Positions 37,958 through 49,262 of a DNA stretch of 64,000 nt are shown in pieces (the stretch's first letter is position 1; every line of letters starts with the position of its first letter). The translations under genes and the position numbers were made by a program. The DNA is taken from the NCBI GenBank assembly GCA_030324005.1, contig JARDVH010000059.1, positions 64,284,390 through 64,348,389 of the forward strand. Reading direction: 5' to 3'. The DNA is from Negaprion brevirostris. Taxonomy: Eukaryota. A model generated the notes under the pieces. It was not told where the DNA came from and ran no database searches. It saw only the letters and a program-made list of their open reading frames with translations.

Positions 37958-38267
37958 TTTAATGTTTAATTATTAGTACCGCAAGTAGGCTTACATTAAC
38001 ACTGCAATAAAGTTACTGTGAAAGCCCCCCTCAGTCGTCATAGTCAGACACCTGTTCCAGTACACCGAGGGAGAATTTAGCGTGGTCAATGCACCTAACC
38101 AGCAGATCTCTCAAACTGCGGGATGAAACCAGAGCACCTGAAGGGAACCCATGCAGAGATGGGGAGAAAGTGCAGACTCCGCACAGACAGTGACCCAAGC
38201 CAGGAATCGAACCCACGTCCTTGGCACTGTGAGGCAGCAGTGCCGAACTCTGTGCCACCACGTCACC
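37958..38267 (-). mobile_element. V-SINE with L2-like tail
   Basis: Reverse complement of the family at 10931-11220. Confidence 0.85.
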
Positions 38268-39369
38268 TTAAGCTACGAATGGGCTTTGACAATTCAGGAA
38301 GTGTGGCATTTTGTAAATTACATGCTCAGGGCTCTGCTAACTGTGCACCTATGGCAAAGTACTTGCATTTATACTGCACATTTCATGATGTCAAAACATC
38401 CCCAAGTATTTGGTAGCCGACGGAGTCTTGTTTTTTTAAGTGAGGTGAAGTTCAAGAGGACTGGAGAATAGCCAATGTTGTTTCCTTGTGAAGGAAGGAA
38501 GCAGGGATAATCCCGCAAATTATAGGCCGGTGGAGGCCTATAATTCTTCTGTATAGAAGAGTTCAAGACATATGCATTTGTTTACAGTTCCAGTATAGAA
38601 CTAATCCACAGATCACAGCCAATGCAAGGGAGGTCACTGTTGCTGCGAGGATGACCCCATCAGTTATGTTTCCAAAGCATGGATTAGGCCATGAGCTGCA
38701 CTGTTCAGGCCATGAACTTGATTGGTCAGGGCACAAATTCGATGGTTCAAGGCATCAACTGCATGGTGCAGACACTGGTGGGCATCCAGAGGGCCACAGG
38801 GATTTTTGACCCCATTCCAGCTGTCCCTCTTTCAAATGGAGTGACCTGGGGTCCTAAGACCATCAAAAGGCTGTGGTATTTGTTGGCACGTAGCCCAGGA
38901 GCTTCCATCCAGGAGACCCTGAGAGTGTCCAGTCTATCTGACTTTCCCTTTCCAGAGACCAGGGGCCTCTAGCACAGCAGACAGAGCAGGGTATTACAGG
39001 TCCTGGCCCTCCAGAGGGCATCTCAGGCAGCAGAGTTTGGCAGACAGCAAACTGCCTCAAGCTCTGATGTGGATCCTGGGGACACACCGAGATATAGCTG
39101 GAGACTTTGGAAGGTTAGGAAATTGTAGTTGCCCAGTGTGGGCACGGGTGATGTGATGCACTTTGAGGTGTTGAGCACTAATTTTTGTTTTAATGTTATA
39201 ACTAACTGAATTAAATCTTACTTGCCATCGTCACTTCTAGGCTGTCCAATCTCCACCGATTTCTGAATGGAATGGTGTTCCTCATCTTTGGGATGTACTC
39301 GGACTTAGAGCGTCTCCATCCCCTCAATACCATCTTGTGAATGCAAGTGTTCCACTCACAGGGCGCAGA

Positions 39370-39743
39370 GATAATACAGGGAATCCTCTAATACAACCCC
39401 CATTACCCCGAGACTGCATCATTGATGACACAGGGAATCCCCTATACCCAATCCCAATTCCCGAGACTATATCATTGATGATGCAGGGAATTCCCTAACC
39501 GAAACCCAATCCCCCTGAGACTGCACTATTGATGATACAGGGAAATCCTTAACCCAACCTCCATCGCCCTGGGACTGCATCATTGTTGATATGGGGAATT
39601 CCCTAATCCAACCCCAATCCTCCCGAGACCGCACCGGCGATTATACAGGGAATTCCCTAATCCCGATCCTAATCCCCTCCGTACTGCATCATTGATGATA
39701 TAGGGAATCCCTTAAACCAACCCCCATCGCCACAAGACTGCAT
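39370..39743. repeat. Minisatellite, 7 units of about 54 bp
   Basis: Units start at 39370, 39424, 39477, 39531, 39585, 39639 and 39694; approximate consensus gatgatacagggaattccctaacccaaccccaatcccccgagactgcatcatt. Confidence 0.95.
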
Positions 39744-40009
39744 GAGAGAAGAGATAAATGATTCCTTGCATCATTGCCCTGAAATGACCAGGCTACATGG
39801 ATTCTGTGAGCTTGGTATCAGACAGACTGAAATCAGACATTATCTCTAAGGAGATACACCATTCCTTATTGTGAGTCATCATTGCCCTCCTGCATTGAAT
39901 GGGCAGCAGGCACTGGTGGACTTCCCATCACCAGCTCCCTGAGTTGTGATTACTTCCCCTTCCACCCACCTAGGTGTGAGAAAGTCCTGAAGAGGCCTCG
40001 AGTGTCCTC

Positions 40010-41150
40010 CCTAATTATCGCTCTCCAGGAAGTGTGCAGCTAATAGGGCACCTCTAGCCCTCCTGTCCATGGGCACCCTCATCCCCACCTGGTCATCTCC
40101 TCCACAGGCTCCTTCTCAACACCTCCCGGACTTTTTCCTCATCCGAGGTGAGCCCCACTCTTCCATACGCTCTTCAGAGAGAGACTCAACGCATTGCAGG
40201 TTGCTGGCCTGCTCAATCACTGTGCAAGTTGCAGTGAGTGTTTCATTGAGGCAGCAGACTGTGGCCTCTGCACTGGCATCATCAGCCAAACACTCAGGGG
40301 AGAACCTTTGTCCCTGAGAAGCCATCCCTGCAGCCTTGAGTATCCTCTGAAAGGTTCCAGGAGCTGGGATTGTCCAAGGATAAAACTGTCATGAACACTC
40401 CCCCAGAAACAGGCACGCATCTGCATTAATGTGTATAGTGTGGTTGCAGACCAGTTGCACATTGAGGAAATGGAATCCAATATGGTTGATGAAGGAGACT
40501 CGCTAGTGCCACGGGGAAATCAATTGCCCCCTGCGCCTATGGCAAGCCATGTATCTATCCGAACACCATGGATCCTTCATCCTGGCTAGCCTGGTGGAGT
40601 CAAAGTGTCTTTAGTTCCTCACCTGGTGAAGAGCGCATCCAACAAAAATGCACTTATGGGCAGATGCCTGCGAAGTCCCACAATGTTGCCTGGTGCAGCC
40701 CTGGAAAGATCCAACAGCATTTGGAGCTACTGCAATATTCATAGCCACAGGCAGCAGGTTTCTTCCTTCACCACATAGTGCCAAGTCCATGAGAACATGG
40801 CAAAGGTGCTTCCTTGATAAGCTGTAGTCTCTGGCAGCATAGTGTCAGTAAGCACGATAAAGGAGAGCTGGAGATGGTAGGCTCTTGGCTGTGCCCTGTG
40901 TCTTTGAACTCCCTCTCCGCTGTTGTAACCTCTGGCTGCTTATCATGGCATGCAACTCCCGGATCATCACTGGGATCTCCAGCAATCAGATGCTGGAGTC
41001 TCTCCTCCTCCATCACTGTGACCAATATCACTGCGAGCTCCAGTGGCTCCATGGCTAAATCATCAACGAACCTGCGAGAGAGAGGTTGGCATTGCACCAA
41101 CTGATCATTACCATGCTTTGACCCATTGGCCATCTTTACCTGGGAGCAGT
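40010..41150 (-). pseudogene. Harbinger (HARBI1-like DDE) transposase relic
   Basis: LNVQLVCNH, ACFWGSVHDSFILGQS, GWLLRDKGSPLSVWLMMPVQRP and TCTVIEQ match Harbinger transposase motifs (GS.HD, WLLGD.GY); multiple frameshifts. Confidence 0.85.
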
Positions 41151-42904
41151 CAGTTGAATAGTATCGCCTGCAGCACTCACACACTCACTAACATCAACTC
41201 CTGTCCCATCTCCAGAACAGGGTGTCTCTTGATGTCGCCCTCACCCACTCACACAGCCAGCTAGCCATCAGTCTGGGGCTGCCCTCCCCTGGGCATGGGA
41301 CCACTGGGGGATCTTGCAGCAGAGACTTGTGCTTAATCATCGCACCAGGATGTCAATATCTGCATTGGGGAAGGACTAGGGGAGGGGCGGCTCACCATGA
41401 ACTATACCAGCAGAAGTTGGGCGTCCCGGGTGAGATGTGAGCCTCTAGNNNNNNNNNNNNNNNNNNNNNNNNNNNNNNNNNNNNNNNNNNNNNNNNNNNN
41501 NNNNNNNNNNNNNNNNNNNNNNNNNNNNNNNNNNNNNNNNNNNNNNNNCTCTAGGCTCTTGTTTCTGAGGTACCTACTTCCAGCCCCGACACTGAAAAGG
41601 GAGTCTCAGCCTGGATTCTGTATTGTGGGGAGCTGACGGTGCTAAGGGTTAACTCCTGAGGGCCAATCAGTGTAATGAGTATTCATCCCAGCATACTAAA
41701 TGGGCATAATTGGTTCCTCCTTCAGGGCTAAGCAGTGCTAATAGCCACCCTGGTTATTCAGGCAGAAGCCACCAGGGAGCTCATTGCTGTCAGCCCTTCA
41801 AACATGAAATTACTTGTGTTCTTCTTCAGCTGCACCCAGCCCTCCCAAGGAGGGGGCTCCAAGTAGCACTGCCTTAGGGGTTCATAGCCACCCAACTCAT
41901 CTGGCCAGCTTGCATGGCACTGAACAGCTCTTCCCCCCACCCTCCCACTAAACTTTGTGCCCCTCTTCCCAACCCCAGTGCTCCCCGACAGTGCCCCCCC
42001 AACCCCTCAAAGACGCCCAAGCTGTCCTCAAAAACCCCTGCAAACAGACCTGAACATTGCTGAGAATGGACTTCCTGACCCCCATGAGGTCAGCCACAGA
42101 GCCCCCGGCAGCTGCCCTCTTTGTTTTCACTCACCACAGAGTACCGTTACCCTTTCTCCCCTTGTGTTCAGTGGAGACATCCTCATTTTCTCCAACCTCC
42201 CTCTCAGAGGCCATGGCACCAGCTTCTCATTTTTCAAAAGCAGCAGTGATTCAGGCCAGTGTGACGTCATGGCTGATAGATGGTGGGGGTGTGATATATC
42301 AGGCCAGAGGTTATATCGTGGAGGTCGCTAATGAAATGCTGTTGCATGCTAACGCTTGCAAATCATGTTTGCATTCTTCCTGGACATAAAAATGATGGCA
42401 TCATTGCAGAAAGGCTGGGAAGATCATGTTTGGCAATCTCACTGGCGCAAACCTTGTTTTTGGCATCTAGTGAGATTTAGCAGCCATTACAGATTTGTAC
42501 CCAGGGCTAACGTGACCGTTAAATCCTGGCCTGAGTTAAATATTAGAGACTCTCATGCCATTGGCCACTCAGGCATGCTGGTGGATTTCAACAGTAAGTG
42601 AAATAACTTGTAATATATCCTTACCTTCCCGGTACTAATTCATTTTTTTTTTGACTGGACCAGCAGACATGCAGGAGTTGTTAGAGAACTGACATTCCTG
42701 AGAATGCACCTCCCCAGGACACCTGCAGGCCATACATTAGCTCAGACACTCGCACTTCAGTGGGACTAGATAAGCAGAGATGGGTTTTCATCTCACAACT
42801 CACTTCACAAATGACGGACATTGACCGAAAGCCCATAGGATACGGTATTCTTCAAGCTCTGCGCAGCTGGACACAGATGCTGTATCCCAGGGACCATTGA
42901 TTTC

Positions 42905-45320
42905 TTACCAGATCTAGCCTACATATGATTCCAGACCCAGACCAGCATAGTGACTCTTCGTTGGCCTATCAGGCCACTCAATTCTGTCAAACTGTGACAA
43001 AATCTAAAAGGAATGAAACTGGATTGACCAGTCCTAGGAACTGACAATGGTACAGCCCTGACAACCGTGCAAAATGTTCCTTCATAATGCCTGGGAACTT
43101 TTGCCAAATTGAGAGAGCTGTCCCACAGACTAGTCAACAAAGGTTTAATACAGTTATATCAAACACCAAACCTTACAATGTCCCAGACACCACCATCACA
43201 AACCAGAGATGGAGCGGACCCACAAGAGGTGTGGCACAGTGGGATACAGTCAGGACAGAGTTGCCATGGGAATCCTCAGCACTCACTCTGGACTCCATGA
43301 AGTCTCATGGCAGCAAATAATGGCAAGGAAATCTCTGCTGTTTACCACCTACTGCCCCTCCTCAGCCTGTTCCAAACTGATCATAATTTGGAAGAAGCAC
43401 TGTGAGCGGCAGAGGCATGAGTGTACCCTGGATGGGGATTTCAATGTCTATCACCAACAGTGGCTCGGTAGCTCCACTATGGATCAAACTGGCCAGATCT
43501 TTAAGGACAAAGCTGCTAAACTTGGGTCAGCATCAGTCTTGAGGGAACTCACAAGAGAGAAAACACTGCCTGTCTCAGGTGTCTCTGTCTATGAAAGCAC
43601 TGATAGGAGTAACCACCACACAATTCTTGTGAAAACCAAGTCCTGTCTTCACATCAAGGACACCTTCCATCATGTAGTGTGGCATTACCACCATGCTAAA
43701 TGGAGTGCACTTTGAATAGATCTAGCAATTGGGCATCTATGAGGCAATGTGGGCCGTTAAAAATCAGCCCCAGCATGTCAAATGCCAGTCTTCAGCCAAT
43801 ACAATTCACTCCACATGATATCAAACAAATGGCTGAAGGCACTGGATCCTGCAGAGGCTATGAGTCCTGATAACATCCAGCAATAGCACTGAAGACATGC
43901 TCCAGGGCTGGCTCTGCCGCTAGCCGAGTACAGCTACAGCGCAGACATCTGCTTGACAACGTAGAAAACCACCCAGCTATACCTGTGCAAAAAGCAGGAC
44001 AAAGCCAACCTGGTCAATTTGGCCTATCAGTATGCTCTTGATCATCAGTAAAGTGATAGATGAGGTCAAAATAGTGCTATCAAGTGGCATTCAGCAAGCA
44101 ATAACCTGTTCACTGACACTTCATTTGCGTTCCGCCATGGTCACTCAGCTTGCAATCTCATTTACAGCCTTGATTCAAACATGGATAAAAGAGATGTGAT
44201 AATAGTAACTACCCTTGACATAAAGGTACCATTTGACTAAGTGTGGTATCAAGGAGCCCTAGCATAACTGAAGTCAATTGGCATCAGGGGAAAAACTCGA
44301 CTGGTTGAAGTTACACCTAGCAGAAAGGAAGATAGTTGTGGTCATTGGAGGTCAATCATCTTAATCCCGGGACATTGCTGTGGGAATTCTTCAAGATAGC
44401 ATCCGAGGCCCAACCAACTTCAGCTGTTTCAGCAAAGATCTTCCCTCCATATAAAGATCAGAAATGGGGATCCACTATATTCAGCTCATTTGGGGCTCCT
44501 CAGATAGTGAAGCAATCTGTGTCCATATACTGCAAGACCTGGACTTCATTGCAAGTAACAAGTGCCAGGTAGTAGAACATAGAACATAGAACATTACAGC
44601 GCAGAACAGACCCTTCAGCCCACGATGTTGCGCCAACCAGTTAAAAAGCAATGACCCTCTAACCTAAACCAAACCCTTTCCATCCATAAACCTANNNNNN
44701 NNNNNNNNNNNNNNNNNNNNNNNNNNNNNNNNNNNNNNNNNNNNNNNNNNNNNNNNNNNNNNNNNNNNNNNNNNNNNNNNNNNNNNNNNNNNNNTTAACA
44801 GAACTAGCTATATAAATACTGCAGCTACAGAGACTTGGGATTCTGCAGTGCGTAATCCTCCTGATTGCAAAGGATTAGTCAGGAATGTAATGGAATGCTC
44901 TCTACTGGCCTGGATGAGTGCAGCTCCAAAGACAGTCAAGAAGCTCATCCATGACAAAGCAACCTGCTTGATAGGTACCTCATTCACCATTTTAAAAGTA
45001 ATTCCCTCCTCTACCTTGAACATTTATTCCCTCCAGTCGTATCATCCCAAGATATATTGCAGCAACTCACCAAGACTCCTTCAACAGCATCTCCTAAACC
45101 TGCAGCCACACACTATCCTGATTGGCAAATATACTTTTTCACTGATGCTGGTTAAAATCCTGAAACTCCTTCCTGAACATCATTCTGAGTGTAGCTACTA
45201 CACATGGACTGCAGTGGTTCAAGAAGGCAGCTCATCATCACATTCTCAAGGGCAATTAGGGATAGACAATAACTGTTGGCCTAGCCAGTGACACCCATAT
45301 CCACAGAACAAATAAAAAGA
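42905..45320 (+). mobile_element. Decayed CR1-group non-LTR retrotransposon (endonuclease + RT + 3' tail), with a CR1 3' end and gap nested at about 44572-44806
   Basis: APE motifs LDGDFNVYHQQWLGS and DRSNHHTILV; RT remnants (LDIKVPFD*VWYQG, VRNVMECSLLAWMSAAP); tail ctcaagggcaattagggatagacaataactgttggcctagccagtgacacccatatccac. Confidence 0.8.
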
Positions 45321-45329
45321 ACATTGAAT

Positions 45330-45980
45330 TCAATAATTTCAAAACATAACCTCTGACCCATTTTTTGCTACAATTACTGTTGATAATGATTCTGCTGTTC
45401 TCAGTTGTACTGCCACTAGACCCAACTTTTGCCTCAATTGCCTTGTGCCATCAACCCTTTTGACATTTAACCTCTCTTGCCTTCCACATTATCAAATACA
45501 TTCCATTTTGTTTGTTCTCCACCCCCTTCCCCTGCCTCTGTATTTGATTAAACCAATTACATGTCTTTTTTTAGTTTTAATGGAAGATCACTGGGGGGCA
45601 CGGTGGCATGGTTGTTAGCACTGCTGCCTCACACTGCCAGGGCCTCAGGTTCAATTCTGGCCTCAGGTCACTGTCTGTGTGGCACTTCCATGTTCTCCCT
45701 GTGTCTGCGTGGGTTTCCTCCGGCTGCTTTGGTTTCCTCACTCAGTCCATAGTTGTATGGGTTAGGTGGATTGCCATGCTAAATTGTCCCTTAGTGTCAG
45801 AGGAACTAGCAGGGTAAATCTGTGGGGTTACGGGGATTGGGCCTGGGTGGGATTGATGTTAGTGCAGGTTCGATGGGCCAAATGGCCTCCTCCTGCACTG
45901 TCAGGATTCTATGATTCTGATAAAACATTTCTCTCTCCACAGGTAGTGCCTGTCCTGTTCAGTACTTTGTTTTTATGGAC
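45330..45980 (+). mobile_element. Penelope-like terminal region interrupted by a SINE
   Basis: Pyrimidine-rich segment ending ggaagatcact, resuming after the SINE with aaacatttctctctccacagg..ctttgtttttat. Confidence 0.5.
45593..45920 (+). mobile_element. HE1/V-SINE-type SINE, full length
   Basis: ggggggcacggtggcatggttgttagcactgctgcctcac head; tail gattctatgattctg. Confidence 0.9.
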
Positions 45981-46090
45981 ACGGACTGCAGAAGTTCTAG
46001 AACATTACTCACCATCACCTTCTCAAGAGCAATTAAGGATGGGCAATAAATGCTAGCTAGCTATGCCCACATATTGTGAAAGAATAGATT
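45978..46090 (+). mobile_element. 3' tail fragment of the LINE/SINE family at 42905-45320
   Basis: caccatcaccttctcaagagcaattaaggatgggcaataaatgctagc..gcccacat. Confidence 0.75.
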
Positions 46091-46229
46091 TTAAAAATCT
46101 GAGAATTTACAGCATGTGCACAATTTCCTTTTTAACTTTGTTTGATAATGAATGGAATGACACACATTAATGGGGAGCAAGAGGGAGATGCTCAAGGGCT
46201 GGCTTGTTGGTTGTAGGCCTGCCTTGCAT

Positions 46230-47460
46230 CAGTGGCATTGATTGAAGGGTGGGCAAAGTGACATTGCATTCATTGTGACATAGGTCTTCTGATACAATCT
46301 AAGGGAGCTTTGAATTGAGGATATCACTAGCAGAAAAATAAGTAGCAAGTGATAGTTACGTCACCATTCATCGCCTTTCTTGTTTTCTTCCTCATGTTGA
46401 TCATCTGAGCAGCCTAAGCTCCTACAGGTCTAAGCTTTACAATTGCACAATATTGTGCAGAACACAGCAAACCACAAATCATTTGGACACTCCTGGCTGC
46501 TATCTTTCAGTGTGCACCAGAAGCAATATTCAGCATTTGATGGCTTGCCCAATCCCACATCTGGTGGTTGTGTGGGCATTCATTGTAAACTTACTGCATT
46601 GGGTTTTTCACGTTTCCAACGGGTGTCACCAAACAAGTTTGAAGTAGATTTCCCTCATCTCTGAGTAGCCACACCTTAAATCTGCTTCCTGGTCCAAAGG
46701 TGTCAATGAGCTTGCATTGCCTCAGAATGAAAATATCACAGCAGCTGTTTGAGAATCTTATAAATAACTGGAAAAATATCTGCACACCAGATATTAATGG
46801 AGTGGAAGCCTTACAGTTGACAAATATTCCTCGTTGACCTCAGGATGCCTGATTACCGTGTGTATGCCATTGAAAATGCTCTGAACCTGTGTGTGCCAAG
46901 CCAAGGCTGCAAAGGCTAACCAGTTACTCATTTTGCCCAGCATCATCCCAGCCTAAATGCCTATCTCTGCAAATAAGGTTGTCTAAACAGATTTGTGGAA
47001 GGTTGACCAATAGATCCTGAATACATCTTTGGCAGAGTCCAGGGAGCATCTGGAGGCAAAGGAAGTTGAAAGCAGTGGTGACTTTGACAAAGATACTGTG
47101 AGACCTTCAGCACTGACCTCATTAAAGTATACAGGGCTGAGCATGGTCATTAAGTGTAATTAATCCTGGTGTGTGCCGCTTTCAATATGAGCACATCCAG
47201 CTGCTCTATAAAACCACAAAATATGTCAAGCTATATTGATTATGAGTGGGTCATGCCNNNNNNNNNNCCAATCAGTCACATTTGTAAGGGGGTTGAACAT
47301 CGCCTAGAAATGTATTCTTTCTATAGGTATGCAGGCTCAGCCAACTCACTTCTGGACCTCGAGTCCCATCCACAGCTTCGCCTCTTCCGCTGTCATTATC
47401 TCTGTCTGTATTTTATAAGGCTCCCAGAAAGAGCAGAACATGAAATATTCACACCCTGAT
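46230..47460 (-). pseudogene. Second, older Harbinger transposase relic
   Basis: Reverse complement gives VKVTTAFNF (about 47060-47090), QVQSIFNGIHTVIRHP (GAIDGTH-like motif, about 46840-46890) and IFVNC/GFHSIN (about 46793-46830). Confidence 0.65.
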
Positions 47461-47799
47461 CTAACTGACAACTTTATTGCACCCCACCAGTGGTCTTCTC
47501 TGATGTTTAAGCTTAAGCACATCAAAGATCCTCCTGACAATTTCACTGTAAAGATATTGCTGCATTAAACCTTAAGAAATTGGTCACTTTGGTCAATGTG
47601 TAACTCAATCAATAGAATGTTCCATTGTCAACCAAAACAGATGGGACCAGGTGTAATTTAATGATTTGATAATAATGCTCTGCAAGTGGGAATGTAAATC
47701 TCAAGATGTTAACAGCTGCAAATGTCATAAAAATCATTGATAAAAACACCCAGGAGTTAGGCAAATATGAAAAACATCAAGAAAATTGATTAACTGAGT

Positions 47800-48110
47800 A
47801 AATACAGGAAGGCTGTCTCTCCTGGCTGGAAGGTGCAGAGCCTGGAGTGCAGTCTCAGAGTAAGAGGGAGGACACTTAGAATTGAGATGAGGAAGAATTT
47901 TTATACTCAGACGATGGTGAATGTTTGTAATATTCTCCCTCCGAGGGCTGTATGTTCAAGACAGAGATCGCTAGATCTCTAGATATCAGGGGATAGGAGG
48001 AAAGTGTGGGAAAATAGCATTGAGGTAGATTAGGCTGATCAAGTTGAACAGCCAAGCAGGCTTAAGGGGCTGAATGACCAATCCTTGCTCCTATTTCCTA
48101 TGTTTCTAAT
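47800..48110 (+). mobile_element. CR1 LINE 3' end
   Basis: gagatgaggaagaattttt..tggtgaatgtttg..ggcttaaggggctgaatgaccaatccttgctcctatttcctatgtttcta. Confidence 0.8.
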
Positions 48111-48164
48111 GAAGATGGATTATCTATTTGGCCAATAATAATTCAAATAATTCAAATTTTAAAA

Positions 48165-49262
48165 GAGAGACCTGAATTTATTTTGCACTTTTCACAATTT
48201 CAGGAAGCCCCAAAATACTTTATAAGGGAATGGTAGCATTATGGTAATTTTACTAGAATAACAATCCAGAGGCCTGGATTAATGTGCTGGAGACAGGAGT
48301 TCACATCTCACCAGAGCAACTGGGAGAAATTTAAATTCAATTAATTACTAAAAATGGAATAAAAAGCTAGCACTGATGATGATCGTGGAATATGATTGTC
48401 TTAAAACTCATTGGGTTGATTCACACCTTTAAGAGAAAGAAATCTGTCCTGATGGATTCTAACCTATACATAACTCCAGGCCCACAGCAAAGTGGTTCAT
48501 TTTTAACTGCTCTCCGAAATGGCATGAAACCAAACAGACAACCCCGTGTTAACCTAGGCACCAGAAACAACAAAGGTTCATCCTGCTCAGTTGAACTCTG
48601 AACAGCTGAGGACTTGTATCACAATTGGGGCAGCTGCTCCATAGACTAATATGTTGTAGTTAGAGTTAGACCCCCTGAAAGTTCCTTTCCAAGCCACATA
48701 CCATACTGACTTGGAACTATATTGCTGTTCCTTCACTGTCACTGGGTCAAAATCCTGGAACTTCCTTCCCAACGGCACTGTGGGTATACCTTTACATCAT
48801 GAACCACAGTGGTTCCCACGATGGTAACTCACCATCACCTCCACAAGGGCAATTAGGGACATCTTTTTGTGCACGAGGGCAGTTAGGGAAGGGCAACAGG
48901 TTCTGGTCTGATCAATAATACTTACATTGCACGAATGAGAAAAACGTCATTATTATTGTGATAGACAGACAATTTGGGCACAGCAAACTCCATAACAACA
49001 ATACGATATCAACCAGGTAATCTATTTCAAGATTTGCTGAGGGGTAAATATTGATTAGAGTACTGGGGAGAACTTCCCTTCTCTTCAAAATAGGTGAACA
49101 AAAAATACCCCATGGCACTGAGTGGACAGTTTAATGTTTCATCCAAAGATACCTTTGATAGTTCTGCACTGAACTCTCAAATTAAATTCTGTGCTTAAGT
49201 CTCTGGAGCAGGATTTGAATCCACAGCTTTTCAACTCAAATGACAGTGCTACCACTGTGCTA
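48165..49262 (-). mobile_element. Deu-domain SINE (SacSINE1/AmnSINE1-like), split by a nested insertion
   Basis: Tail at 48165-48225; Deu-like body gacaatttgggcacagcaaactcc..ggggagaacttccct at about 48968-49090; tRNA-like head ggatttgaatccacagc..gtgctaccactg extending to 49262. Confidence 0.65.
48226..48944 (+). mobile_element. Internally deleted, tRNA-headed derivative of the LINE at 42905-45320
   Basis: tRNA-like head, then sequence matching the LINE 5' region (43005-43135), then a jump to the LINE 3' region (45100-45260). Confidence 0.7.

Noticed and set aside
39370-39743. CRISPR-like repeat/spacer array
   Set aside because: The variable parts are diverged copies of one another rather than unique spacers; this is vertebrate DNA with no cas genes.
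40010-41184. Functional harbi1 gene
   Set aside because: The motifs are spread over several frames with degenerate catalytic context, inside a transposon relic.
1850-46056. Recurrent short ORFs such as CGRKPEH.. and VCTFSPCL..
   Set aside because: Translations of V-SINE copies, not a gene family.
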